Translations under genes and position numbers: made by a program
Shown: in pieces, positions 56,842 to 64,000 of the stretch
Layout: the number at the start of each line of letters is the position of its first letter
Numbering within the stretch: the first letter of the stretch is position 1
Assembly (NCBI GenBank): GCA_033856235.1
Contig: JAWVFI010000078.1
Location: 6,062 to 70,061 of the forward strand
DNA: 64,000 nt
Origin: Blastocatellia bacterium
Lineage (GTDB): Bacteria > Acidobacteriota > Blastocatellia > Pyrinomonadales > Pyrinomonadaceae
Reading direction: 5' to 3'
The notes under the pieces: generated by a model
Seen by the model: only the letters and a program-made list of their open reading frames with translations
Databases searched by the model: none
Told to the model about the DNA's origin: nothing

Positions 56842-56848
56842 AACAACG

Positions 56849-58105
56849 ATGAAAATCATACGCAGCGACATCTTCGAAAACCTGAAAATGGCCCTGGCCA
56901 CTTTGCGGGCCAACAAGCTGCGCTCTTTCCTGACCGTTATCGGCGTGATGATTGGCGTCATTACCGTGATGCTGATTTCTTCCATCATCAGCGGCGTTGA
57001 TACGGCTGTGAAGACTGAGCTGGAATCCTACGGCACCAATACGATCTACATTATTAAGTTCAATTCCGGCATCCACATTGGCCGGCTCTCGCGCGAAGAG
57101 CGGATGCGCAAGGAATTGACCTACGACGATGCGCTCGCACTGCAACCACTGCCGGCGGTGGAGTTGTCAGTTCCCTTCCTCGACATCAGCAATAACTTTT
57201 TCGGACAGAAGATCACGGTGACCGGCGTCGGCAAAACGTCAAACGCAGTGGGCCTCCAGGGCACGCTGCCCGACTTTGAACGTGCCGGGACTCAGGTCGT
57301 CAAGGAAGGCCGCTTCTTTTCCCAATATGAGAATGATACGAACAGTCTGGTTTGCGTCGTTGGTTCAGCAATCGCCTCAGACTTTTTTCCTAACGGCTCG
57401 GCGGTGGGGCAGGAACTTGGCATCGGCGGCTATCAATTCCGCGTGGTGGGCGTACTGGAAAAACGCGAGCAGTTTCTGCTGGGCGGCGGAGGCGACAGTC
57501 AGAATAGCGTGATCTACATGCCTTTTAATGTCGCCCGGAAGCTGAAGCCGAATTCCGAGGACGTCATGATCCTGGCGGTGGCCCGCAAAGGGATGATGGA
57601 CGAAGCGAAAGATCAGATCACTGACGTACTGCGCGTGCGGCGCCAGGTTGCTTTCGGCCAACCTGACAATTTCGGGATGCAAACCGCGGAACTATTCCTC
57701 AGTAACTTTCGATCCATCCTCAGCGGAGTCGCAATCGCAATGGTAGTTATTTCTTCGGTTGGCCTGATGGTAGGCGGCATCGGCGTGATGAACATCATGC
57801 TGGTGTCGGTGACCGAGCGCACCCGTGAAATTGGTGTGCGCAAGGCCATTGGCGCGCGCCGCAGCGATATCATGTGGCAGTTCCTGATTGAGGCGGCGAC
57901 GCTGACCGGTTTCGGAGGACTAGTCGGTCTGACAATCGGCTGGCTACTGACATTTCTCTTACGGCTGATATTGCCTTCGTATGTTCCGCTCTGGGCGCCG
58001 ATTGGCGGCTTCGTCGCCAGTGTGGCTATCGGAATGGTTTTCGGTCTCTGGCCGGCATGGAAAGCCGCGCGGCTCGACCCCATCGAATCACTAAGATATG
58101 AATAG
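56849..58105 (+). CDS. ABC transporter permease, MacB/FtsX family (paralogue 4)
   Basis: LRANKLRSFLTVIGV, MLVSVTERTREIGVRKAIGA, and C-terminal WPAWKAARLDPIESLRYE. Confidence 0.9.
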   Translation: MKIIRSDIFENLKMALATLRANKLRSFLTVIGVMIGVITVMLISSIISGVDTAVKTELESYGTNTIYIIKFNSGIHIGRLSREERMRKELTYDDALALQPLPAVELSVPFLDISNNFFGQKITVTGVGKTSNAVGLQGTLPDFERAGTQVVKEGRFFSQYENDTNSLVCVVGSAIASDFFPNGSAVGQELGIGGYQFRVVGVLEKREQFLLGGGGDSQNSVIYMPFNVARKLKPNSEDVMILAVARKGMMDEAKDQITDVLRVRRQVAFGQPDNFGMQTAELFLSNFRSILSGVAIAMVVISSVGLMVGGIGVMNIMLVSVTERTREIGVRKAIGARRSDIMWQFLIEAATLTGFGGLVGLTIGWLLTFLLRLILPSYVPLWAPIGGFVASVAIGMVFGLWPAWKAARLDPIESLRYE

Positions 58106-58180
58106 CGAAGGCGCGGTGGAGAGGCGCGCCTCGCTAATCTCTGCAGCGGAAGGCTTAGTTCGCGGCTTATGGTTTCCTAT

Positions 58181-58939
58181 TCAGCCAAAGGCCGCCTTAG
58201 ATGCGACGCTCAGAACCAGGCCAATCAACCAGAACAAGATGACAACTCCCCAGGCCGCGCCCGAGGACAACTTCCCAAGCTTCCTCAGTCCCACCGCCGC
58301 CAGAAACATTCCATAAAATCGCAGCAAATCGAAGTGACTTAACAGAGCGGTCAGAACCGGCGACGAGCCCTGTCCCAGGAATGCCCCCGGATTCGTGATC
58401 AGCAACTTTTCCGGATCGACCGTATCCGGTGCTTTCAGAAAAAGCACGACCACCGCCACCAGTGCGCCAAGGACCGAGGGTGGCAAAGATGAATAGACCC
58501 AGACCGAGAGAGAGCGTTTGTAGCTAAGCGATCCGCCAAATGCCATCACCGCGAGCAGGTAGAGTCCCGCGCCTGCCGCAATCGAAATGGGAACGAATAC
58601 CGGCCCGGCCAAGCCGATCGCCAGCTTGCCAATCCTGGCTCCCATTTCCTTCTGTTCTTCCGTTTGCTGAGCGGCGTTCGGTGACTGGTCCATCTTGTCG
58701 CGGATGAACTGCCCTATGTCCACTCGCATGAATAGCACTGCGGTCACGAGAACAGTCGCCAGGATCAAGATCAGACCGGCCACGAGAAACCGTGGGCGCG
58801 AACGCAAACCCTCGAAGACATGCGATGGTTCGAAGAAAATGCCTGTGAGAGACTCGGCAGTCGAGATTGTTGGCTCAACGGCAGCGGCTGTTTGCATTGG
58901 TGGCGGCGGCGGTTGAAAGCCACTATTAGGATCGCTCAT
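58181..58939 (-). CDS. Yip1 family membrane protein
   Basis: N-terminal soluble segment with IFFEPSHVFEGLRSRPRF, followed by five hydrophobic helices; 252 aa. Confidence 0.75.
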   Translation of the reverse strand: MSDPNSGFQPPPPPMQTAAAVEPTISTAESLTGIFFEPSHVFEGLRSRPRFLVAGLILILATVLVTAVLFMRVDIGQFIRDKMDQSPNAAQQTEEQKEMGARIGKLAIGLAGPVFVPISIAAGAGLYLLAVMAFGGSLSYKRSLSVWVYSSLPPSVLGALVAVVVLFLKAPDTVDPEKLLITNPGAFLGQGSSPVLTALLSHFDLLRFYGMFLAAVGLRKLGKLSSGAAWGVVILFWLIGLVLSVASKAAFG

Positions 58940-59114
58940 ATTGATAATCCTCCTCTTTCGAAGGACGGGGAGAAAGCTTTCCGTCCGGTGCAGTTGGCCC
59001 GCGCAGAGTTAGGGGCCTGATTAATGTTGCGTACCAATACGGATTCCCGAGCATCGTGGTTTCATGACCTCGGCCTTTCGATTGCGGTAACAGGCGCGCC
59101 ACTTAGGCATCGGA

Positions 59115-60137
59115 TTACGGCGCTGATAACGCCTCGTGGAGTGGTTCCGCAGCGGAAGCTTCTTGCCATCCCGGAACGCGTATGCAGGCTACGGTGTGTC
59201 CCGGCGAGACTTCACGCAACTCCGGATCGATCTGGGCGCACTCCGGAATCGCGATCGGGCACCGCGTGCGAAAACGACAGCCGGAGGGTGGATTGATCGG
59301 AGTCGGCACGTCACCCTGCAGAATAATACGCGAGCGTTTCTGTTTCGGGTCGGGGATAGGAATCGCGGACAGCAACGCCTGGGTATAAGGATGCAGCGGG
59401 TGCTCGTAAAGCTCAGCCGCCGCTGCGACCTCTACGATTCGGCCGAGGTACATCACTGCGACCCGGGTCGAGATGTGCTCAACTACCGCCAGGCCATGCG
59501 AAATAAAGAGGTAGGTCAGGCCAAATTCCTTCTGCAAATCCTGCAGCAGGTTTACTACCTGGGCCTGCACTGAAACATCCAGCGCTGACACAGGTTCGTC
59601 GGCGACAATCAACTTCGGCTCCAGCGCGAGTGTCCGAGCCACCCCGATGCGTTGCCGCTGACCTCCGGAAAATTCGTGTGGATAGCGATCCATGAACGCT
59701 GGATCCAGGCCGACGCGACGCAACAGTTCGCCCACCCGCTCCCGACGGTCCTGCTTCGTTCCAAGTTTGTGAATCACAAGTGGTTCACCCACGATGTCGC
59801 GGACCTTCATGCGCGGGTTCAGCGAGGCGTAAGGATCCTGAAACACAATCTGCATATCGCGGCGCAGCTCGCGCAACTCGCGCTTTCCCATCTGCAAAAC
59901 GTCGCGACCCTCAAAATTGATTTCGCCTTCAGTCGGCTCTAGCAAACGCAGCAGGCAACGGCCCACAGTTGATTTCCCGCAACCGGATTCCCCGACCAGC
60001 CCGAGCGTTTCGCCGCGCATGATTGCGAACGATACGCCATCGACGGCGCGCACAACATCGTCGCTGTCCTCCACCGGAAAGTGTTTGACCAGGCCGCGGA
60101 CATCGACGAGCTGAGAATTGTGATTGGTTTCAGTCAT
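59115..60137 (-). CDS. Oligopeptide/dipeptide ABC transporter ATP-binding protein (OppF/DppF-type)
   Basis: Walker [10 protein letters not shown], signature [15 protein letters not shown], Walker [12 protein letters not shown], and a C-terminal oligopeptide-type extension with CRFRTRCP. Confidence 0.9.
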   Translation of the reverse strand: MTETNHNSQLVDVRGLVKHFPVEDSDDVVRAVDGVSFAIMRGETLGLVGESGCGKSTVGRCLLRLLEPTEGEINFEGRDVLQMGKRELRELRRDMQIVFQDPYASLNPRMKVRDIVGEPLVIHKLGTKQDRRERVGELLRRVGLDPAFMDRYPHEFSGGQRQRIGVARTLALEPKLIVADEPVSALDVSVQAQVVNLLQDLQKEFGLTYLFISHGLAVVEHISTRVAVMYLGRIVEVAAAAELYEHPLHPYTQALLSAIPIPDPKQKRSRIILQGDVPTPINPPSGCRFRTRCPIAIPECAQIDPELREVSPGHTVACIRVPGWQEASAAEPLHEALSAP

Positions 60138-60159
60138 GTCAGACCCGCTTAGCGGGCGT

Positions 60160-60294
60160 GTCAGAACCGCCTGCGGTAGCGGGCGGTTGATCTAGCAAAG
60201 AGCAAAGCGCCATGGTCTTTTCCAGTTCTTGCCCTTTGCCCTTTGCCCTTTGCTCTTCGCGCATTAACCGCCCGCTACCCCAGGCGGTTCTGAC
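60160..60294. repeat. Palindromic doublet family B copy 3, with a nested GCAAAGG/CCTTTGC inverted repeat
   Basis: gtcagaaccgcctgcggtagcgggcggttgatc (60160-60191) pairs with aaccgcccgctaccccaggcggttctgac (60266-60294). The interior holds agcaaagagcaaagcgcc (60195-60212) against gccctttgccctttgccctttgctct (60231-60256). Confidence 0.85.
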
Positions 60295-61298
60295 GTCAAA
60301 CGATGTTCGGCCGCTGGCACGCTTGGATCGTACAAAACACAACGCACGATGACTTCGTCCCCGACCGGGTACAGGGGAATCTCGCCTTCGACACAACGCG
60401 GCATGCGATATGGGCAGCGCGGCGCGAAGTGACATCCCGGAGGCAGATTCGTCGGACTGGGAACGGTGCCTTCGATAGTTTCCAATCGCTCCAACTTCAG
60501 GACGTGTTCGGCAGTTAACTTCGGCACCGAACGGAGCAGTCCTTCAGTGTATGGATGTTTTGGCCGCGCAAACAATTCATCAACCGGCGACTCTTCCACA
60601 ATCTTCCCCGTGTACATCACTGCGACGCGATCGGCCACCTCCGCGACTACGCCAAGGTCGTGTGTGATCAGGAGTACCGCCAGTTCGCGCGTCTTTCGCA
60701 ACTCGTCGAGCAGCTCCAGAATCTGCGCCTGAATGGTTACGTCCAGCGCGGTGGTTGGTTCGTCGGCGATCAGGAGTTTAGGATCGCAGGCCAGGGCCAT
60801 AGCGATCATCACGCGCTGGCGCATCCCGCCGGACAGTTGATGGGGATAGTCATCGGCGCGCCGCGCCGCGTCAGGAATTGCGACTTCCGTCATCGCTGCA
60901 ATCGCTGCGGCGCGCGCGTCTTTTCGCGACAGGTTGCGGTGCAGTCGCAATGCTTCGGCGATCTGTTCGCCCACCGTATAGACCGGATTCAGCGAAGTCA
61001 TCGGATCCTGAAAGATCATCGCGATGTCGTCGCCCCGAATCGCGCGCATTTCCGCGTTCGAGAGCGCCAGCAGATTCTTGCCCTCGAAGATGATCTCGCC
61101 GCCAACCGTTTTTCCCGGCGGCGCAATCAAACGCATGATCGATAGCGCAGTGATCGACTTGCCACAACCCGACTCGCCAACCAGGCCCAGCAGCTCGCCG
61201 CCATCCAGATAAAAACTGACCCCATTCACCGCCCGCACCAATCCGGCGCGGGTGGGAAAATGCGTTTCGAGGTTTCTTACTTCGAGCAGATGTGACAT
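60264..61298 (-). CDS. Oligopeptide/dipeptide ABC transporter ATP-binding protein (OppD/DppD-type)
   Basis: Walker A GESGCGKS, signature [15 protein letters not shown], Walker [12 protein letters not shown], and CHFAPRCPY. The last ~10 codons (SEPPGVAGG) are read from a palindromic repeat arm. Confidence 0.9.
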   Translation of the reverse strand: MSHLLEVRNLETHFPTRAGLVRAVNGVSFYLDGGELLGLVGESGCGKSITALSIMRLIAPPGKTVGGEIIFEGKNLLALSNAEMRAIRGDDIAMIFQDPMTSLNPVYTVGEQIAEALRLHRNLSRKDARAAAIAAMTEVAIPDAARRADDYPHQLSGGMRQRVMIAMALACDPKLLIADEPTTALDVTIQAQILELLDELRKTRELAVLLITHDLGVVAEVADRVAVMYTGKIVEESPVDELFARPKHPYTEGLLRSVPKLTAEHVLKLERLETIEGTVPSPTNLPPGCHFAPRCPYRMPRCVEGEIPLYPVGDEVIVRCVLYDPSVPAAEHRLTSEPPGVAGG

Positions 61299-61325
61299 CA
61301 GCGATATTTCGCGAAAATGAACAGG

Positions 61326-61814
61326 TTAGCCCAATGAGTCCTCTTTGATCTTGTTTTCCAGGAAGCGGCGATCCATCAAATCCTTTTCTCTATACGTTTG
61401 TTTCGTTCTGAGTAACAGCTTGGCAGAGGCAAACGGGATAGGAATGCCCTGAATCGTATGAAATTCAATTCCGTCCTTAGCGTCATCGTATGTAAGACCG
61501 CCGGCGGACAGCATGAGGTCAACGACAATTTCATCGGCCACACGGACGACGAGAAAGCGATCGAGATCAGAGGAGTTCATTTCCCGTACGGCCTTGTCCG
61601 GAAGAATCTCAAGAGCGGCGCGGACTCTTTCCTGGTTTCCTCGCGTTTTCTCGATTAGAAGGTCGATATCCTCCGTGGCACGCAGGAAACCTAGCCGGTT
61701 AACTGCCATACCGCCGATGACGATATAAAGCGCGGCATTAACGTTGAGCGCCTGGCACAGTTTTATTAAGTCGATTTGCTCTGCGGGTCTGGGTGGAGAA
61801 GCTTGGTTTTCCAT
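61326..61814 (-). CDS. Putative nucleotidyltransferase-fold protein (AbiEii/DUF6036-like)
   Basis: 162 aa. YIVIGGMAVNRLGFLRATEDIDLLI resembles the G-x...D-x-D minimal nucleotidyltransferase motif. The C-terminal LLRTKQTYREKDLMD is typical of such stand-alone NTases. Confidence 0.55.
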   Translation of the reverse strand: MENQASPPRPAEQIDLIKLCQALNVNAALYIVIGGMAVNRLGFLRATEDIDLLIEKTRGNQERVRAALEILPDKAVREMNSSDLDRFLVVRVADEIVVDLMLSAGGLTYDDAKDGIEFHTIQGIPIPFASAKLLLRTKQTYREKDLMDRRFLENKIKEDSLG

Positions 61815-61978
61815 TCTTCGAAGTCCTCGAAACTTTTGAAACGAAAGACTCCTTTAGGGCAGATCGCACGTCCCAAAAGAACGTGTGCCGTTCGTTGCAG
61901 GCGGTCAAACCGCTCCCAATGTGAAGGGAGGTTGCGACCGCCTAAAACCTTCATTTCTTTTCCTGATTCTGAAGACAT
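61766..61978 (-). CDS. Small hypothetical protein upstream of, and overlapping, the NTase-like gene
   Basis: 70 aa with the motif KGVFRFKSFEDFEEW. It overlaps the downstream ORF by 49 nt and has lower GC than neighbours. Coding status is uncertain. Confidence 0.4.
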   Translation of the reverse strand: MSSESGKEMKVLGGRNLPSHWERFDRLQRTAHVLLGRAICPKGVFRFKSFEDFEEWKTKLLHPDPQSKST

Positions 61979-62032
61979 TTTTCTCTGGACCTAATTCTAA
62001 CTCATCCGAGCTCGCGGTAGGAATGCGAGCTA

Positions 62033-63643
62033 TCAGATCGTCACCGCTTCGCGATATTCGCCCCACACATTGCGCAACCTATTGCTGATCTCTCCCACCG
62101 TCCCGTAAGCCTCAACGCAATCCAGAATGCGCGGCAGGAGGTTTTCGTTTCCGCGCGCGGCCTCTTCAAGTTTCGCCAACGCGGCTTCCACCACGGCGGC
62201 ATCGCGGCGGGCGCGCACCGCGTGTAGGCGCTCGATTTGTTCCTGTTCAATCTTCGGTTCGACGCGCAGCACGGACATCGACGAATCCTCTTCAACCTGA
62301 AAACTGTTTACGCCAACGACAATCGCATCTTTTGTTTCGACCGCGCGCTGGTAATCATAGGCGGCCTGCTGGATTTCGCGCTGCACGTATCCGGTTTCGA
62401 TGGCGTGCAGCATTCCGCCCATGGCGTCAATGCGATCGAGATACTTCACGGCGCGGCTTTCGATCTCATCGGTCAGATGTTCGATGGCGTACGAGCCGGC
62501 CAGGGGATCGACCGTGTCCGCAACACCTGATTCGTGCGCGACGATTTGCTGCGTGCGCAACGCGACGCGCGCCGCCGTCTCCCCAGGCAAGCCCAGCGCC
62601 TCGTCCATCGCATTTGTGTGCAGCGACTGCGTGCCGCCCAGTACTGCCGCAAGGGCCTGGATGGTGGTGCGCACCACGTTCACTTCCGGCTGTTGGGCCG
62701 TCAGCGTCGAGCCCGCCGTCTGGGTATGGAAACGCAGCATCAGCGAACGGGGATCGCGGGCCCCAAAGCGCTCGCGCATCAGGCGCGCCCAAAGACGCCG
62801 CGCGGCGCGGAACTTGGCAATCTCTTCGAGCAGATTGTTATGCGAATTGAAAAAGAACGAAATGCGCGCCGCGAAGTCATCAACCTGCAAGCCCGCGGCC
62901 ACCGCTGCATCGACGTAAGCAATGCCATCAGCGAGGGTGAAGGCTACTTCCTGAACCGCTGTCGAGCCGGCTTCGCGAATGTGATAACCGCTGATAGAGA
63001 TCGTGTTCCACTCCGGAACTTCACGGGCGCAGAAAGCAAAAGTGTCGGTGACCAAACGCAGCGAAGGCGCGGGTGGAAAAATGTAAGTACCGCGAGCGAT
63101 GTACTCCTTCAGGATATCGTTCTGAATCGTCCCACCAAGTTTCGTAAACGGAATGCCATTCTTTTTGGCCACCGCCAGATAGAGACACAACAAAGTGGAG
63201 GCGGTGGCATTGATGGTCATCGAGGTGGTCACGCTATCGAGCGGAATCCCCTCGAACAGGCGCAACATGTCTTCGAGCGAATCAATGGCCACGCCGACTT
63301 TGCCGACTTCCCCGACTGCCAGTGGATCGTCGGAATCGAGCCCGATTTGCGTGGGAAGATCAAACGCTACGGAAAGTCCGGTAGTGCCCTGGGCCAGCAG
63401 ATACTTGTAGCGGGCATTGGACTCTTCCGCCGTCGCATAGCCCGCATACTGTCGCATGGTCCACAAGCGGCCGCGGTACATATTGGGCCGGATGCCGCGC
63501 GTGTAGGGAAACTGCCCCGGCGCGGCCAGGTCGCGGTCGTAATCCGGAGCTTCAGTGTTCGCCGGATTGAAATCGGCGGGCAGTTCGATCCCCGAAGATG
63601 TCTCGAAATGCTCGCGACGCTCGCTAATGGTCTTTGTGGGCAT
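62033..63643 (-). CDS. Methylmalonyl-CoA mutase family large subunit (catalytic TIM-barrel domain only, no B12-binding domain)
   Basis: [46 protein letters not shown] and [11 protein letters not shown] motifs. I chose the start at [13 protein letters not shown] (63643); the ORF-track start at 63685 reads through a GTAG hairpin. Confidence 0.9.
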   Translation of the reverse strand: MPTKTISERREHFETSSGIELPADFNPANTEAPDYDRDLAAPGQFPYTRGIRPNMYRGRLWTMRQYAGYATAEESNARYKYLLAQGTTGLSVAFDLPTQIGLDSDDPLAVGEVGKVGVAIDSLEDMLRLFEGIPLDSVTTSMTINATASTLLCLYLAVAKKNGIPFTKLGGTIQNDILKEYIARGTYIFPPAPSLRLVTDTFAFCAREVPEWNTISISGYHIREAGSTAVQEVAFTLADGIAYVDAAVAAGLQVDDFAARISFFFNSHNNLLEEIAKFRAARRLWARLMRERFGARDPRSLMLRFHTQTAGSTLTAQQPEVNVVRTTIQALAAVLGGTQSLHTNAMDEALGLPGETAARVALRTQQIVAHESGVADTVDPLAGSYAIEHLTDEIESRAVKYLDRIDAMGGMLHAIETGYVQREIQQAAYDYQRAVETKDAIVVGVNSFQVEEDSSMSVLRVEPKIEQEQIERLHAVRARRDAAVVEAALAKLEEAARGNENLLPRILDCVEAYGTVGEISNRLRNVWGEYREAVTI

Positions 63644-63657
63644 TTGTTTCCGATGAG

Positions 63658-63814
63658 TGTAGGACAGGCATTCTTGCCTGTCCACCGTTAGGCAGGAGGC
63701 AGGGGCAGTAGGCAGGAGCAGGGCCGGTGTTACGTTGCCATTAGAGCTTTACCTGGTGACTCCTCCGGCCGACTGGCTCCTGCCGACTGCTTCTGCCTCC
63801 TGCCTCCCGCCTCC
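63658..63814. repeat. GTAG hairpin followed by a GCAGGAG/CTCCTGC-word inverted repeat
   Basis: The hairpin is gtaggacaggcattcttgcctgtcc (63658-63684). Then ggcaggaggcaggggcagtaggcaggagcaggg (63691-63723) pairs with ggctcctgccgactgcttctgcctcctgcctcccgcctcc (63775-63814). Confidence 0.8.
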
Positions 63815-63881
63815 TTGGCACGGTTGACCCGCATGGTTCTGGTCGCATAGCATTGAGTATCGAAACGGATGCAGGTGAATC

Positions 63882-64000
63882 TTGGAAATTGACGACGACA
63901 CCAGGCAGATAGTCCATGAGATCGGATCGGCCATCAACGATTCGATTGAGAGCTCTTCGCAAGTGGCGAGGGCCATCGAGCGCTTGCGCGAGGCAGGTTA
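63882..64000 (+). CDS. Possible 5' end of an unidentified gene (runs off the window)
   Basis: An open frame from the TTG at 63882 reads EIDDDTRQIVHEIGSAINDSIESSSQVARAIERLREAG. No stop occurs before the window ends and the product is unknown. Confidence 0.25.
   Translation, partial: MEIDDDTRQIVHEIGSAINDSIESSSQVARAIERLREAG

Noticed and set aside
63741-63976. Two overlapping minus-strand ORFs of 73 and 75 aa upstream of the mutase gene.
   Set aside because: Both read through the GCAGGAG/CTCCTGC inverted repeat and overlap each other in different frames. A plus-strand frame entering from 63882 looks at least as plausible, and none can be supported firmly.

Overview
This looks like a chromosomal segment from a bacterium of roughly 57-62% GC. 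Gene content suggests Acidobacteriota (MglAB, an S46 peptidase, giant SBBP/DUF4214 proteins, many MacB/FtsX permeases), but that is inference only. All calls come from reading the translated ORFs and the DNA by eye; no searches were run.

I can support about 50 protein genes:
- Housekeeping blocks: rpsB-tsf-pyrH-frr, ruvAB, queA, yvcK-glmU-glmS, and mug followed by a 50-aa ORF and uvrD.
- The mglBA polarity module.
- A roughly 2300-aa mosaic repeat protein, plus a 606-aa paralogue that shares its C-terminal module.
- A same-strand string of zinc-ribbon FHA, kinase, RDD, TPR and PP2C signalling genes.
- A MacA/MacB-type efflux locus with four tandem permease paralogues.
- oppDF ATPases and a methylmalonyl-CoA mutase large subunit.

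I saw no rRNA, tRNA, CRISPR array, integrase or transposase.

Two things stand out:
1. A markedly low-GC three-gene operon at 29594-34490 encodes two large coiled-coil polytopic membrane proteins and a vWA-like lipoprotein. I cannot assign it to any described family.
2. Almost every intergenic spacer holds a palindromic doublet element, from more than ten sequence families. Several families are inverted repeats whose arms are tandem 7-nt words. One such pair flanks a four-helix-bundle (23S rRNA IVS protein/Avd-like) gene inserted into the permease array. Repeat-derived sequence also appears in frame inside several coding regions.
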